Shown: piece after piece, positions 27,795 to 37,297 of the stretch
Position numbering within the stretch: the first letter of the stretch is position 1
How the letters are laid out: each line of letters begins with the position of its first letter
IMG/VR virus record: IMGVR_UViG_3300010052_000131
Location: 3,500-67,499 of that record
Reading direction: 5' to 3' (one strand)
From: a virus
Taxonomy: Duplodnaviria > Caudoviricetes
Length of the DNA: 64,000 nucleotides
The notes under the pieces: generated by a model
Told to the model about the DNA's origin: nothing
Database searches by the model: none
The model's input: only the letters and a program-made list of their open reading frames with translations
Program-made: the position numbers and the translations under genes

Positions 27795-29527
27795 TCAGGA
27801 AGCTATCGCTCGCGCTCGCGGTTTCCGTAGCCCTTGTTGGCTCGGCATTCGCTCAGGCCTCGTTCACCGCCAAGGATGGCAACAACGTCATCCGGACCTT
27901 CAAATCGTTCTCGTGCTCCGGAATGATCTGTTCGCTGGCGGTGCCGGCGGATGCCAACGGCAACGCCTTCGGCGTCTCTGCCAATCCATTCTATATGGCG
28001 TTCGGCGCCGGCGTGACGCTTCCGGGCTTCGCCGCCGCGCCTTCCTTCAAGCTGCAGGACGGATCGGGCAACGCGATCGGCTCCACGTCCGGCTCCCTCA
28101 ACGTCAATATTACGGGCGGCGGTGGAGGCGGGGGCGGCAACGTCAACCTGACCCAGATCCTCGGAGCGGCGCCCAGCGCGACCAACCCGCTGTGGATCCA
28201 GCCCGGCACCGGCGCTTCGTTCGCCGTCACCGGCACATTCTGGCAGGCCACCCAGCCCGTCAGCATCGCTTCGATGCCATCGACCCCGGTGACGGGCACT
28301 TTCTGGCAGGCGACGCAGCCGGTCAGCGCCGTTTCGCTTCCGTTGCCCGCGCTCGCGGCGACGTCCACCAAGCAGAGCGACGGCACGCAAAAGACCCAGA
28401 TCGTTGATGGGGCCGGCAACGTCATCGCTTCGACGTCGAACAATCTGAACGTCCAGTGCGCAAACTGCTCTGGATCGGGCGTGAGTACCGCGGACGGCGC
28501 GAGCTTCGCAGCCGGGTCATCGCTTTTTGCCGGCGCCGGCGGCATCTTCCAGAACACGCCCACCAACAACCCTGTCGCCGATGGCAAGCAGGGCCTGTTC
28601 CAGATGACGGCCAACCGTGCGCAGCACGTCAACTTGCGCAGCGCGGCCGGCGTCGAGCTCGGCGTTGCCGCCGCTCCCGTGCAGGTCTCGCTGGCCAACA
28701 CGGCCGCAAACGGCACTGCCTTGCTGGTCACAGGGACGGGCGGCACGTTCCCGGTCACCGGGTCGTTCTGGCCCTATTCGTTGGGACAGCAACTCGCCGC
28801 TTCGTCCGTTCCTGTTATCCTGCCCGCGGCGACGATCGCCACACTGACGCCGCCGGCTGCGATCACCAACTTTTCGCTTGAGACCGGCGGCAACCTCGCT
28901 GGCATACTCACCACGCTCGGAGCCGTCTCTGCCTCACCAACGGCAAACACCGTGCAGGATCGCCTCAAGACGGTGGGCGCCAACACGGTCGCCTTGGGCG
29001 TTGGGACCGAAACAACGTGCCCAGCCTCAGGCGCCACGACGCTGATCGGCTGCATCCGGGCGGTCGCAACCCTTGCTGCCGCTCCGCTCCCCGGGCAGGT
29101 CAGCTTCGGCGTCAACATTGGCGCGGCGCAACTGCTGGACTCGAATTCCAAGACGGCGCTCCTCGACCCTTGCGAATATGGCGCGCACGTCTGGACCCGG
29201 ATTGACGTCGCGACCGCCGCATCTTCGGTTCTTGTCCCCGGAACGAGCTCGAAGAAAACCTACATTTGCTCGATCGGTCTCATGGCCGCCGGAACAACCA
29301 ATCTGGGAATTGTCGAAGGCTCCGGAACTACGTGCGGAACGTCGCCGCTGGGTTTGATCGGCGGCAATACCGCGGCGAAGGGCTTGAACCTCACAGCGCA
29401 GGCGGGCGTCGCATTCGGCAACGGCGCAAAGGCAATTGCCGCGTCAACCGTCAACGCCAACGATATCTGCCTGATCAACGGATCGGCAATTCAGGTGTCG
29501 GGCTACATCGTGACGGCAACGCCTTGA
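27791..29527 (+). CDS. Exported fibre-like protein with VTGTFWQATQPVS repeats
   Basis: Signal MIRKLSLALAVSVALVGSAFA|Q; Gly8 linker; 10 Cys. Confidence 0.8.
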   Translation: MIRKLSLALAVSVALVGSAFAQASFTAKDGNNVIRTFKSFSCSGMICSLAVPADANGNAFGVSANPFYMAFGAGVTLPGFAAAPSFKLQDGSGNAIGSTSGSLNVNITGGGGGGGGNVNLTQILGAAPSATNPLWIQPGTGASFAVTGTFWQATQPVSIASMPSTPVTGTFWQATQPVSAVSLPLPALAATSTKQSDGTQKTQIVDGAGNVIASTSNNLNVQCANCSGSGVSTADGASFAAGSSLFAGAGGIFQNTPTNNPVADGKQGLFQMTANRAQHVNLRSAAGVELGVAAAPVQVSLANTAANGTALLVTGTGGTFPVTGSFWPYSLGQQLAASSVPVILPAATIATLTPPAAITNFSLETGGNLAGILTTLGAVSASPTANTVQDRLKTVGANTVALGVGTETTCPASGATTLIGCIRAVATLAAAPLPGQVSFGVNIGAAQLLDSNSKTALLDPCEYGAHVWTRIDVATAASSVLVPGTSSKKTYICSIGLMAAGTTNLGIVEGSGTTCGTSPLGLIGGNTAAKGLNLTAQAGVAFGNGAKAIAASTVNANDICLINGSAIQVSGYIVTATP

Positions 29528-29535
29528 TATCCAGA

Positions 29536-30465
29536 ATGAACGTTCGCTCTCACATCACGGCGCTCTACGCGGCGCTGTTCGCTGTCCTGTTGGCGGTTTC
29601 GCCAGCCGGATCAGGATCGATGACGCTCTTGGGGGTAGGGAAGCCCTCTGGCGCCGCTGGCGGATGCTCGCAAGCCACAGCGTTCCTCGCTCGAACGACG
29701 GGTTTGAGTGGAACCGAAACATCTGCCTACACGACGTTGATTTGCGGCTTGGTGACCGACGGCGTCATCACCGGGACAATGGCGGGTTCTGGAGTTGGCG
29801 CGAGTGCGTGCGGTTCAATTCTTGATCTCCTTTACATCACAACGACGAAAAATACCTCGACCGCATCGCTCAATCTTTGCAGTACTTCTTTCACGGCGAC
29901 ACCGTTTGGGTCGTTGACCTTTTCAGCCGACAATTATTGGTCGCCTGATGACGCTCTTTCAGGGCTTGATACCGGGTTCAATCCGAATACCGCAGGCGGT
30001 GCCTTTTCGCTCAATAGCGCCTCTATGGGGGGCTGCGTTCTCAATAATCGGACGTCAAACGCGAACACGTATGCGATTGGCGTTCAAGACACATCGACCG
30101 TGTCGCTGTTGCAACTTCTCAATGGAGGGCAAGCTCTTTTCGATCTGAACGAAGCGGCTTTTTCGCAAGCTGCCAACACGTCGAGCATCGGCAGCTGGAC
30201 GTTGACGCGCGGTAACAGCACGAGCTTAATTCTGTATAACAACGCGACGTCCTTCGCCTCCGTCAGTGCCGCCTCATCGTCTGTTCCCAATTTTTCGATC
30301 TATCTGATGGCCAACAATAACAAAGGATCGGTCTCCGGAGGAAGCACGAACGACCAGTTTGCTGCTTTTTGGGTGGGTGGGAATTTGACAAGTGGATTGG
30401 TAACGAGCTTGCGGACACGGATCGCAGCATTCGTGCTTGCGGTTAAAGGATCGTCCGGATGCTGA
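29536..30465 (+). CDS. Exported lectin-like (ConA/LamG-type) protein
   Basis: Signal MNVRSHITALYAALFAVLLAVSPAGS; LDTGFNP...LILYNN..S...SIYLMANN...FAAFWVGGNL; 6 Cys. Confidence 0.65.
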   Translation: MNVRSHITALYAALFAVLLAVSPAGSGSMTLLGVGKPSGAAGGCSQATAFLARTTGLSGTETSAYTTLICGLVTDGVITGTMAGSGVGASACGSILDLLYITTTKNTSTASLNLCSTSFTATPFGSLTFSADNYWSPDDALSGLDTGFNPNTAGGAFSLNSASMGGCVLNNRTSNANTYAIGVQDTSTVSLLQLLNGGQALFDLNEAAFSQAANTSSIGSWTLTRGNSTSLILYNNATSFASVSAASSSVPNFSIYLMANNNKGSVSGGSTNDQFAAFWVGGNLTSGLVTSLRTRIAAFVLAVKGSSGC

Positions 30466-33083
30466 CCATCAATCGACGGTCATTTGTTCATGCAGGATGC
30501 ATGGCAGCTATAGCGAGCGCTGTGCCTTCGATGGGCGAGGCAAGGGTTCCTCGAGGTAACCCAATCTCGTTCAACGATCCTCTTCTGTCCAAACGCAGCG
30601 TCATCAACGTTGGTTCTGCAAGTCAGTTCCACTACGCATTTATCAATCACTTTCTCTCCGGTGATGCGTGCGTAGGGCCCTACAACACGGCCTTTACGAC
30701 CACAACGAACACCTGGCCGCAATATATCGATGCCGACGGCTGGCCGAATGTGCCGGTGGGTGGCGAGTGGTTCGCCGGATCTATCCGATTGCCGGCGTCC
30801 GCCGATTTCGGCGGAAATTACACGATTACATGGACGGGGGACGGGGAGGTCCTGCTCAATAGCGGGACATGGACTGTCAACGCAGGCCTGAGCAGCAACT
30901 ACACAGAGGTTTCGAACGGTCGATACACCAACACGCCGGGTTTGGTGCCAAAGATCGTTGTTTCAGTTACCGGCTTCTCGCATCCTACGCTTTTGAGCGT
31001 CATCTTTCTCTCGACCGATCCGAATTCGGCTGGGCGTTTTCTGAAGAATTTCAAATTCTACCGGACGGCAGACGAGGCCAGGCTTCAGTCTGGCAAGGTT
31101 TTCCGAACCGCATTCCTGCAGTCCCTCGTCAACCTCAATCCCTCGGCGATCCGCTGCATGGATATGCACGGCGGCAACGATGCGAGGAACTGTCGGTTCG
31201 AAAATCGCACGCTACCGAGCGCTGCGGGATATTCCGGCCGCTCAAATTGGGTTGCTTCGCCAGCCTACGGAAAAGCGTCGTTTGTCGACGGCGTCAACGC
31301 CAACCAGTACACCTTGGCTGCCGTTACCAGCGGGGCCAGGCAGACCGCGGCGTCAATGGTTCACGGCGAGATCGTCACCTGCCTGATTAATACCGCTGCT
31401 GTCAGGAACGGTACGTTCACGGGCGGCGGCGTCTTCCGCACCGTGACTTCGATCTCCAAGGCATCGAATGGGCGCGTCGTTTGCGCGAGTCACGGGTTCG
31501 AGACGGGTGACACGATTGTTCACCTGATCCCAACCGGAATGACGCAGCTGCACAAGTTCCCGTGCGTTATCACCAAGATCGACGCCAACACCTATGACCT
31601 GAATGTCAATACGAGCGGTTTTTCCACGTTCACGGCGGGGACGGCCAACCAATTCATCACGCTCCAGGTCGGTAGCGGGAACGATCGCACGAAGTATCCC
31701 GTCATCTTCTCCGATGGCACCACTTATGCTTCTACCTACGGCGATGGGTATTTGAAGCTTCGCCAGTATCAAACCTTCTATTTCGACAAGACGCTTTCTG
31801 CGCAAAACGATAGTTCCGGCAATCCGATTTACGGCGTTTGGATTTTCCTCGACAATTCTGGCGGTGCTCACCCCGGCGACGTGCCTGCCGAAATTTGCGT
31901 CGCGCTCGTCAACGAGGTGAACGAGCTTGCTCTGTCTCAGGGCAAAACAAATACGACCCATCTTTGGTTGAACATTCCCCATTGGGGGCTGTCATCCATG
32001 GACCCGGACTATAGCGCTGCGTCGAATTTCGCCGTTAAAACCATGGATGTCGTTCTGAACGGCGCGAACGGATATCCCGGCTTGGCTTTGCCGGCGAGCG
32101 TTTTGCTGGAGGACGACAACGAGACCTGGAACACAGCGGGCGCCGCGTTTACTCAGGCTCTTTATCTGGCTGCGCGAGGCGTCCTACGCTGGCCTTCAAC
32201 CAGCAGCTTGTCTGACTTCGCCAGCATGGCGGCGCTACGGTCTACCGTGATGGTCCGGGATGTGAAGGCGGCAACAGGTAACACTACGCGGATACGCTAT
32301 GTGCTCGCCGGACAGGGCTTTCTTGGTTATAATTCTGGCACGCTCAACGGGCTTCGTTGCCTGGGTACCGCGTCATACCTGACCGATGCACTCGTCACCG
32401 GAGGCAATTTCGGCACTCCGATTTCCAATCACGATGCTTTCGCGCACGGGACTTATTTCGACGCGGGGGATGACACTCATTATTATGGCCCCGGCAAGGG
32501 AATAGGCACTTTCACCGATGACAGCGCCATGTATCAGGGCCTCAACAACACCGTGAACGGTGGCGGCAATTATTCCGGTGCGGCCAATCAATCTCAGGCG
32601 ATTGCGAACTTTGTAGCCGCCGTCGTCGGGGGCGGCGGGCAATCTTGCAACTACTATTGCAGTGTCGCGTCTCCCGCGGCGGGCAAGGACGCGGAGTTTG
32701 CCGCCGCGATGGTGGCGTTAGGTAAGAAATCTATCACCTATGAAGGCGGGCCGGATTGGATTTCACGCCAAGGTGCAAATGAGTATGCTGGCTATGGTCC
32801 CCTCAGCGCGGGTGATGCGGCCTTCAAGCGGGCTGTGCAGAACAGTGCGGCATGGGGAACCGCGCAGACGAACTATTTCAATGCGAAGTGTACGCTGGCC
32901 GGCATCGCCATGCCGGGAGTATACTTCATCGTCAGCGATTTTGATGGACTAGGAACGACGCTCGACCAGCGTTGGGCCTACGCTTCGCCGGACACGTATG
33001 CAGGCGGCACTGAAGGCCAAGCATTACTGAACAATGGAGCATGGGTGGCGATGGGCGCGAGAAATCAAGCGCTCACGCCTTGA
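30459..33083 (+). CDS. Tat-exported clan GH-A glycoside hydrolase-like protein with FCCH-like insert
   Basis: NRRSFV twin-arginine; AIRCMD, GDVPAEICVALVNEV..LWLNIPH, DDNETWN, ITYEGG. Confidence 0.65.
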   Translation: MLTINRRSFVHAGCMAAIASAVPSMGEARVPRGNPISFNDPLLSKRSVINVGSASQFHYAFINHFLSGDACVGPYNTAFTTTTNTWPQYIDADGWPNVPVGGEWFAGSIRLPASADFGGNYTITWTGDGEVLLNSGTWTVNAGLSSNYTEVSNGRYTNTPGLVPKIVVSVTGFSHPTLLSVIFLSTDPNSAGRFLKNFKFYRTADEARLQSGKVFRTAFLQSLVNLNPSAIRCMDMHGGNDARNCRFENRTLPSAAGYSGRSNWVASPAYGKASFVDGVNANQYTLAAVTSGARQTAASMVHGEIVTCLINTAAVRNGTFTGGGVFRTVTSISKASNGRVVCASHGFETGDTIVHLIPTGMTQLHKFPCVITKIDANTYDLNVNTSGFSTFTAGTANQFITLQVGSGNDRTKYPVIFSDGTTYASTYGDGYLKLRQYQTFYFDKTLSAQNDSSGNPIYGVWIFLDNSGGAHPGDVPAEICVALVNEVNELALSQGKTNTTHLWLNIPHWGLSSMDPDYSAASNFAVKTMDVVLNGANGYPGLALPASVLLEDDNETWNTAGAAFTQALYLAARGVLRWPSTSSLSDFASMAALRSTVMVRDVKAATGNTTRIRYVLAGQGFLGYNSGTLNGLRCLGTASYLTDALVTGGNFGTPISNHDAFAHGTYFDAGDDTHYYGPGKGIGTFTDDSAMYQGLNNTVNGGGNYSGAANQSQAIANFVAAVVGGGGQSCNYYCSVASPAAGKDAEFAAAMVALGKKSITYEGGPDWISRQGANEYAGYGPLSAGDAAFKRAVQNSAAWGTAQTNYFNAKCTLAGIAMPGVYFIVSDFDGLGTTLDQRWAYASPDTYAGGTEGQALLNNGAWVAMGARNQALTP

Positions 33084-33583
33084 GCAATGCTGCGTTGCTG
33101 CCGTTGCCGATAGATACCAAGCATCGCAAAGCCGATTAATAGCATAAGCCAGGTAGATGCTTCTGGAATTCCGCTGGCAAGGGACCCTCTAAGGTCGACA
33201 TCTACAGTCGATCCCGGCGAAAAAAGATCGGCCGACATAGGATCAATAAAGACGAAGACGTGAATTTCTCCGGTACCGGTAAATGCCAGTCGAGAATGCC
33301 CGGCCGCGCCCAATATCCAATCAATGCGAATGTCGTCGACGGTCGGGTTTGCAAAATCAATGATAGTGCCGTCGGGCAAATTCGATCCGAACACGCCGAT
33401 AGATGGTGGGGAATCAAGGCCGGAGGGGATATCGAAAATCACTTCCTGGGCGCCTGCTGGTCCCACCTGATTGAATGTCAGGGTGGCTACGGAATTTAGC
33501 GTCAGAAGGGTAGCGGCGCCCGCTGGCAATATTGTTTGGATTAAAAGCCCAATGCAGAAAGAGTAGGCTGCAAATCTCATCAT
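33065..33583 (-). CDS. PEP-CTERM (PEPxxWA type) surface protein, moron
   Basis: Signal peptide; C-terminal IPEASTWLMLLIGFAMLGIYRQRQQR. Confidence 0.82.
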   Translation of the reverse strand: MMRFAAYSFCIGLLIQTILPAGAATLLTLNSVATLTFNQVGPAGAQEVIFDIPSGLDSPPSIGVFGSNLPDGTIIDFANPTVDDIRIDWILGAAGHSRLAFTGTGEIHVFVFIDPMSADLFSPGSTVDVDLRGSLASGIPEASTWLMLLIGFAMLGIYRQRQQRSIAQGVSA

Positions 33584-33678
33584 CAGAAACACCCCTGAAC
33601 TATAAGGGGTATTTCAACGTTCCCGCCCCGGTTGAGTCAATTGGCCTAAATCAAATAATCCGCCTAGACTTTAGTTGA

Positions 33679-33987
33679 TTACCACGCTCTTTTGCTCTGT
33701 TCTTCTTGGTATTCAGCCTCGGTCATGGGCCGAAATTCCCATGCTCCGTCCACAAGACGGCGCATCTCATGTTGGTTATAGGGATGCCATGTCCCGTCAC
33801 GACGGCGTTTGTGATCCCGTACAAACAGGACCACGATCACGAGTGTGATGAGAGCCGCGGAAACGCAGCCAATAATCATACGATCCTCTGCGCGCTGCCC
33901 GGCTGATGCGGGTGGTTGAAACCCAGCCATAACCCGCTGCGCGTCTAACGATCCGCCAAGCTGCTTGGCGAAGTCTGCTTTCTCCAC
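33679..33987 (-). CDS. Small membrane protein, moron
   Basis: Single TM helix, antisense, AT-richer; GTG start uncertain. Confidence 0.55.
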   Translation of the reverse strand: MEKADFAKQLGGSLDAQRVMAGFQPPASAGQRAEDRMIIGCVSAALITLVIVVLFVRDHKRRRDGTWHPYNQHEMRRLVDGAWEFRPMTEAEYQEEQSKRAW

Positions 33988-34009
33988 AGCCGCCTCCGGG
34001 CGGCTTTTT
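33988..34009 (+). terminator. Intrinsic terminator
   Basis: agccgcc-tccg-ggcggct-tttt. Confidence 0.7.
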
Positions 34010-34026
34010 GCTGAGTTTCAGTCCGC

Positions 34027-35406
34027 ATGAAGTTCTATGTCACCGAACGTTTGGGCCCGAAGCGGAGCCTGACGCCGGAAGGGTTTTTGCTGTGCCAGGA
34101 CGTCCCGGTCGCGCGGGTCGGTTTCCAGGACTACCACGAGAGCGAATTGCCGCTTGAAGCGGACCGCGGCGTGATCCGCGTGCAGCGCCTCGAGGACGAG
34201 GTTTTCAAGCCGGAGGCACTGGCCTCGATCGCGGGAAAATCGGTCGTCATCACCCATCCCGACGATGACGTTAGCCCCGACAACTGGCGGGACCTCGAAG
34301 TCGGCGTGATGCTGACCCCGCGGCGAGGCGAGGGCTCCTTGTCTGATCGGATCCTGTGCGACTTCCTGATCAAGGACCCGCGCGGGATCAAGGCCATCGT
34401 CGAAGACGGGATGCGCGAAGTCTCGCTGGGGTACGACGCCGAATACGAAATGGTTCGGCCAGGCCTCTACACCCAACACACCATCATCGTGAACCACGGC
34501 GCAATCGTACCTGAGGGCCGATGTGGCCCGGCTTGTTCAATAGGAGATCACAGTATGCCGACCACCAAGAAGCCGCTCACCTTTAAGGATCGTTTGTTGG
34601 CCGCGTTCAAGGCCAAGGACGAAGCTGCGATCGAGAAGCTCGCCGGCGAAGTCACCGAGGACGAAGCGATCGCCGAGAATGATCTGTCCGGCAAGTCCGC
34701 TTCCGGCATCACGATCAACGTGCACGGCCAGAGCGCCGCGCCCGCGGCCGAAAAGTCCACCACGGACGAAGGCGGCGAGGGCGCGAACAAGGATGATCCG
34801 ATGAAGCCCGTCATGGACGCGATCGGCGCCCTGGGCGAGCGGATCGCCAAGCTCGAAGGTGCGGGATCGTCCACCACTACCGATGCCGACGGCGATGACG
34901 ACGAAGACGAAGGCGAGAGCACCAACGACGCCGACGGCGACGATGAGGACGACAACGACAAGGGCAAAGACAAGACCAAGGACGGGAAGGGCAAGACGCG
35001 CGATTCCGCCGGCCTCGCCACCACGTTCCAGGACACGATTGCCCGCGCCGAAATTCTCTCGCCCGGCATCAAGGTTCCGACCTTCGACGCCAAGGTGGAA
35101 CGGAAGAAAACGCAGGACGCCCTGTGTGCCTTCCGTCGCAAGGTGCTCGACAAGGCCTTCACCACCGACGAGGGCAAGGCCGCGATCGAGCCGCTGCTGG
35201 CCGGCCGCACGCTGGACACCAAGAAGATGACCTGCGACGCGGCCTCCATCCTGTTCACCGCCGCGTCGGAGAACATGAAGGCGGTCAATCGCGCCGCGAC
35301 CACCGGCACCGGCAAAATTCGCGTCGGCGATATGGGTTCCACCAAGGCCCCGACCATCGGCGACATGAACAAGAGCTTCGGCGACTTCTGGAAGCCCAAG
35401 GTCTGA
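34027..35406 (+). CDS. Prohead protease (DUF2213) fused to scaffold
   Basis: RSLTPEGFLLCQDVPVARVG, THPDDDVSPDNW, REVSLGYDAEY, NHGAIVPEGRCGPACSIGD; acidic scaffold tail. Confidence 0.92.
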   Translation: MKFYVTERLGPKRSLTPEGFLLCQDVPVARVGFQDYHESELPLEADRGVIRVQRLEDEVFKPEALASIAGKSVVITHPDDDVSPDNWRDLEVGVMLTPRRGEGSLSDRILCDFLIKDPRGIKAIVEDGMREVSLGYDAEYEMVRPGLYTQHTIIVNHGAIVPEGRCGPACSIGDHSMPTTKKPLTFKDRLLAAFKAKDEAAIEKLAGEVTEDEAIAENDLSGKSASGITINVHGQSAAPAAEKSTTDEGGEGANKDDPMKPVMDAIGALGERIAKLEGAGSSTTTDADGDDDEDEGESTNDADGDDEDDNDKGKDKTKDGKGKTRDSAGLATTFQDTIARAEILSPGIKVPTFDAKVERKKTQDALCAFRRKVLDKAFTTDEGKAAIEPLLAGRTLDTKKMTCDAASILFTAASENMKAVNRAATTGTGKIRVGDMGSTKAPTIGDMNKSFGDFWKPKV

Positions 35407-35472
35407 CGGCCCGCAACTGCCGGCCAAGTCGGTCCGGCTTCTAAATCCCCGCATCCATCAAGGAGATACCCC

Positions 35473-36009
35473 GTGAAGCTCACCAAGAGGATTCGCGCGA
35501 AGACCCGTGACAACGCGTTCATTTCGCGCATGCCCGCCGGCATCCCCGGCACGCTCAGCCGTTCCGCGGCGCAATCGACGGTGGATACCGTCAACATCAC
35601 CCCTTTCGGCACCGCCGGCGCTTTCCCGGCCTACGGCCTGGGTGGCCTGATCGACGCCGTGACCGGCAATTTCCGCATCCCGGCCGCGGGCGATACCGCG
35701 ATCACCGGCATCTTGATCCGTCCGTTCCCGACCAACAATTCGCAGGACGGTTTGGGCACTTCGACCCCGCCCACGAAAGGCTTGGTGGACCGCGCGCTGC
35801 GCGCCTATGTCAGCGTGCTCTTGAGCGGCGCCACCGCCCCGAAGAAGGACGGCGCCGTCTGGTGCCGCATCCAGAACGCTGGTGCTGGCCAGTTTGTCGG
35901 CGGCTTTGAGGCCGCGGCCGACGGCGGCAATACCGTGGCCGTTCCTGGCGCTTTCTTCACCGGGCCTGCCGACGGCAACGGCGTGACCGAGATCCGCTTC
36001 AACATCTGA
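35473..36009 (+). CDS. Capsid cement/decoration protein
   Basis: AFISRMPAGIPGTLSR...GILIRPFP...RAYVSV...TEIRFNI; position between protease and capsid. Confidence 0.85.
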   Translation: MKLTKRIRAKTRDNAFISRMPAGIPGTLSRSAAQSTVDTVNITPFGTAGAFPAYGLGGLIDAVTGNFRIPAAGDTAITGILIRPFPTNNSQDGLGTSTPPTKGLVDRALRAYVSVLLSGATAPKKDGAVWCRIQNAGAGQFVGGFEAAADGGNTVAVPGAFFTGPADGNGVTEIRFNI

Positions 36010-36031
36010 TCGCGTTCCAATCCCCGACCTG

Positions 36032-36062
36032 ACGGCCGCTCGATCGAGCGGCCGTTTTCGTT
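36032..36062 (+). terminator. Hairpin/terminator between cement and capsid genes
   Basis: acggccgctcg-at-cgagcggccgt then tttcgttt. Confidence 0.5.
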
Positions 36063-36110
36063 TCCACCCCCGTCATTTCACGGCCGCGCGCCGGAATTCA
36101 TGAGGAACCT

Positions 36111-37193
36111 ATGAAACACGATATTGAGTTCATCGACGCGGCCCGCAAGCTGTACGGCAATCCCGTCTGCGCGCCGCACATCATCGGCGTGCGCACCCGC
36201 GCCAAGACCCGCGACGGCCTGATGACGTTCGACGCCCGAACGATCGACAGCACCGGCGCATTCCTGATCGGCGAGCTTGAGCGCCTCGATCAGACCCTGC
36301 ATATGCCGCTGGTCAACTACACCTGGTCCCGCGACATCAAGCTGCGCGAAGACGTCACGATCGCGGACGAAACCTCGAGCTTCACGAACTCCAGCTTTGC
36401 TTCCGGCGGCGGCGTCACCCCGAACGGAAAGGCCTGGTTGTCCAAGAACGCCAATCAGATCCCGAACGTCCAGCTCGATATCGGCAAGACCGCCAATCCG
36501 CTGAACCTGTGGGCCCACGAAATGTCGTGGACGCTGCCCGAGCTCGAAAGCGCCATCAAGCTGGGCCGCCCGATCGACGCGCAGAAGTTCGCCGGCCTGC
36601 AGCTCAAGCACCAGATGGACATCGACGAACAGGTCTACGTCGGCGATACCGTTCTGGCCGTCAACGGCCTGACGAATTCTGCCGTCGTGACCACTGGCAA
36701 CGTCGTCGCCGGCGCGCTGGGTGGCACCCAGTGGGCCACCAAGACCCCGGACGAAATCCTCGCCGACGTCAACACGCTGCTCTATTCGACCTATGCGGCG
36801 TCGGGCTTCGCGCGCATTCCGAACGAACTGCGCCTGCCGCCGCTCCAGTACGGCTACATCGTGTCGCAGAAGGTCTCCGGCAACGCGGACAAGTCGATCC
36901 TGACCTATCTGCTGGAGAACAACCTTGCCAAGCAGAACGGCACGCCGCTCAACATCCAGCCGCTGAAATGGCTGATCGGACGCGGCGTCGGCGGCACCCC
37001 GTTCCAGCTCGGCACGGTGGACCGCATGATCGCCTACACCAACGATCCCATGTTGGTCCGCTTCCCGATGGTGCCCCTGCAGCGCACCCCGCTGGAGTAT
37101 CGCAGCCTGTGGCAGTCGACCACGTATTACGGCCGGTTGGGCGTGGTCGAGTTCGTCTATCCGGAGACGCTGCAGTACGCCGACGGCCTCTGA
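36111..37193 (+). CDS. Major capsid protein (DUF2184)
   Basis: GAFLIGELERLDQTLHMPL...WSRDIKLREDV...WTLPELESA...IDEQVYVGD...YYGRLGVVEFVYPET. Confidence 0.92.
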   Translation: MKHDIEFIDAARKLYGNPVCAPHIIGVRTRAKTRDGLMTFDARTIDSTGAFLIGELERLDQTLHMPLVNYTWSRDIKLREDVTIADETSSFTNSSFASGGGVTPNGKAWLSKNANQIPNVQLDIGKTANPLNLWAHEMSWTLPELESAIKLGRPIDAQKFAGLQLKHQMDIDEQVYVGDTVLAVNGLTNSAVVTTGNVVAGALGGTQWATKTPDEILADVNTLLYSTYAASGFARIPNELRLPPLQYGYIVSQKVSGNADKSILTYLLENNLAKQNGTPLNIQPLKWLIGRGVGGTPFQLGTVDRMIAYTNDPMLVRFPMVPLQRTPLEYRSLWQSTTYYGRLGVVEFVYPETLQYADGL

Positions 37194-37297
37194 GCCGAGG
37201 CAAGCATTCCGCTCAGTTTGCGCGATTGCGCAAATTCGCAATTCCCGCCGCGTGCGCGCGGCGGGTCTGACAGCCCCTCAAACAAACCGGAGTGCCC

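Noticed and set aside
36111-37193. Encapsulin/bacteriocin
   Set aside because: Located in a complete head operon with portal, protease and cement genes; it is the capsid protein
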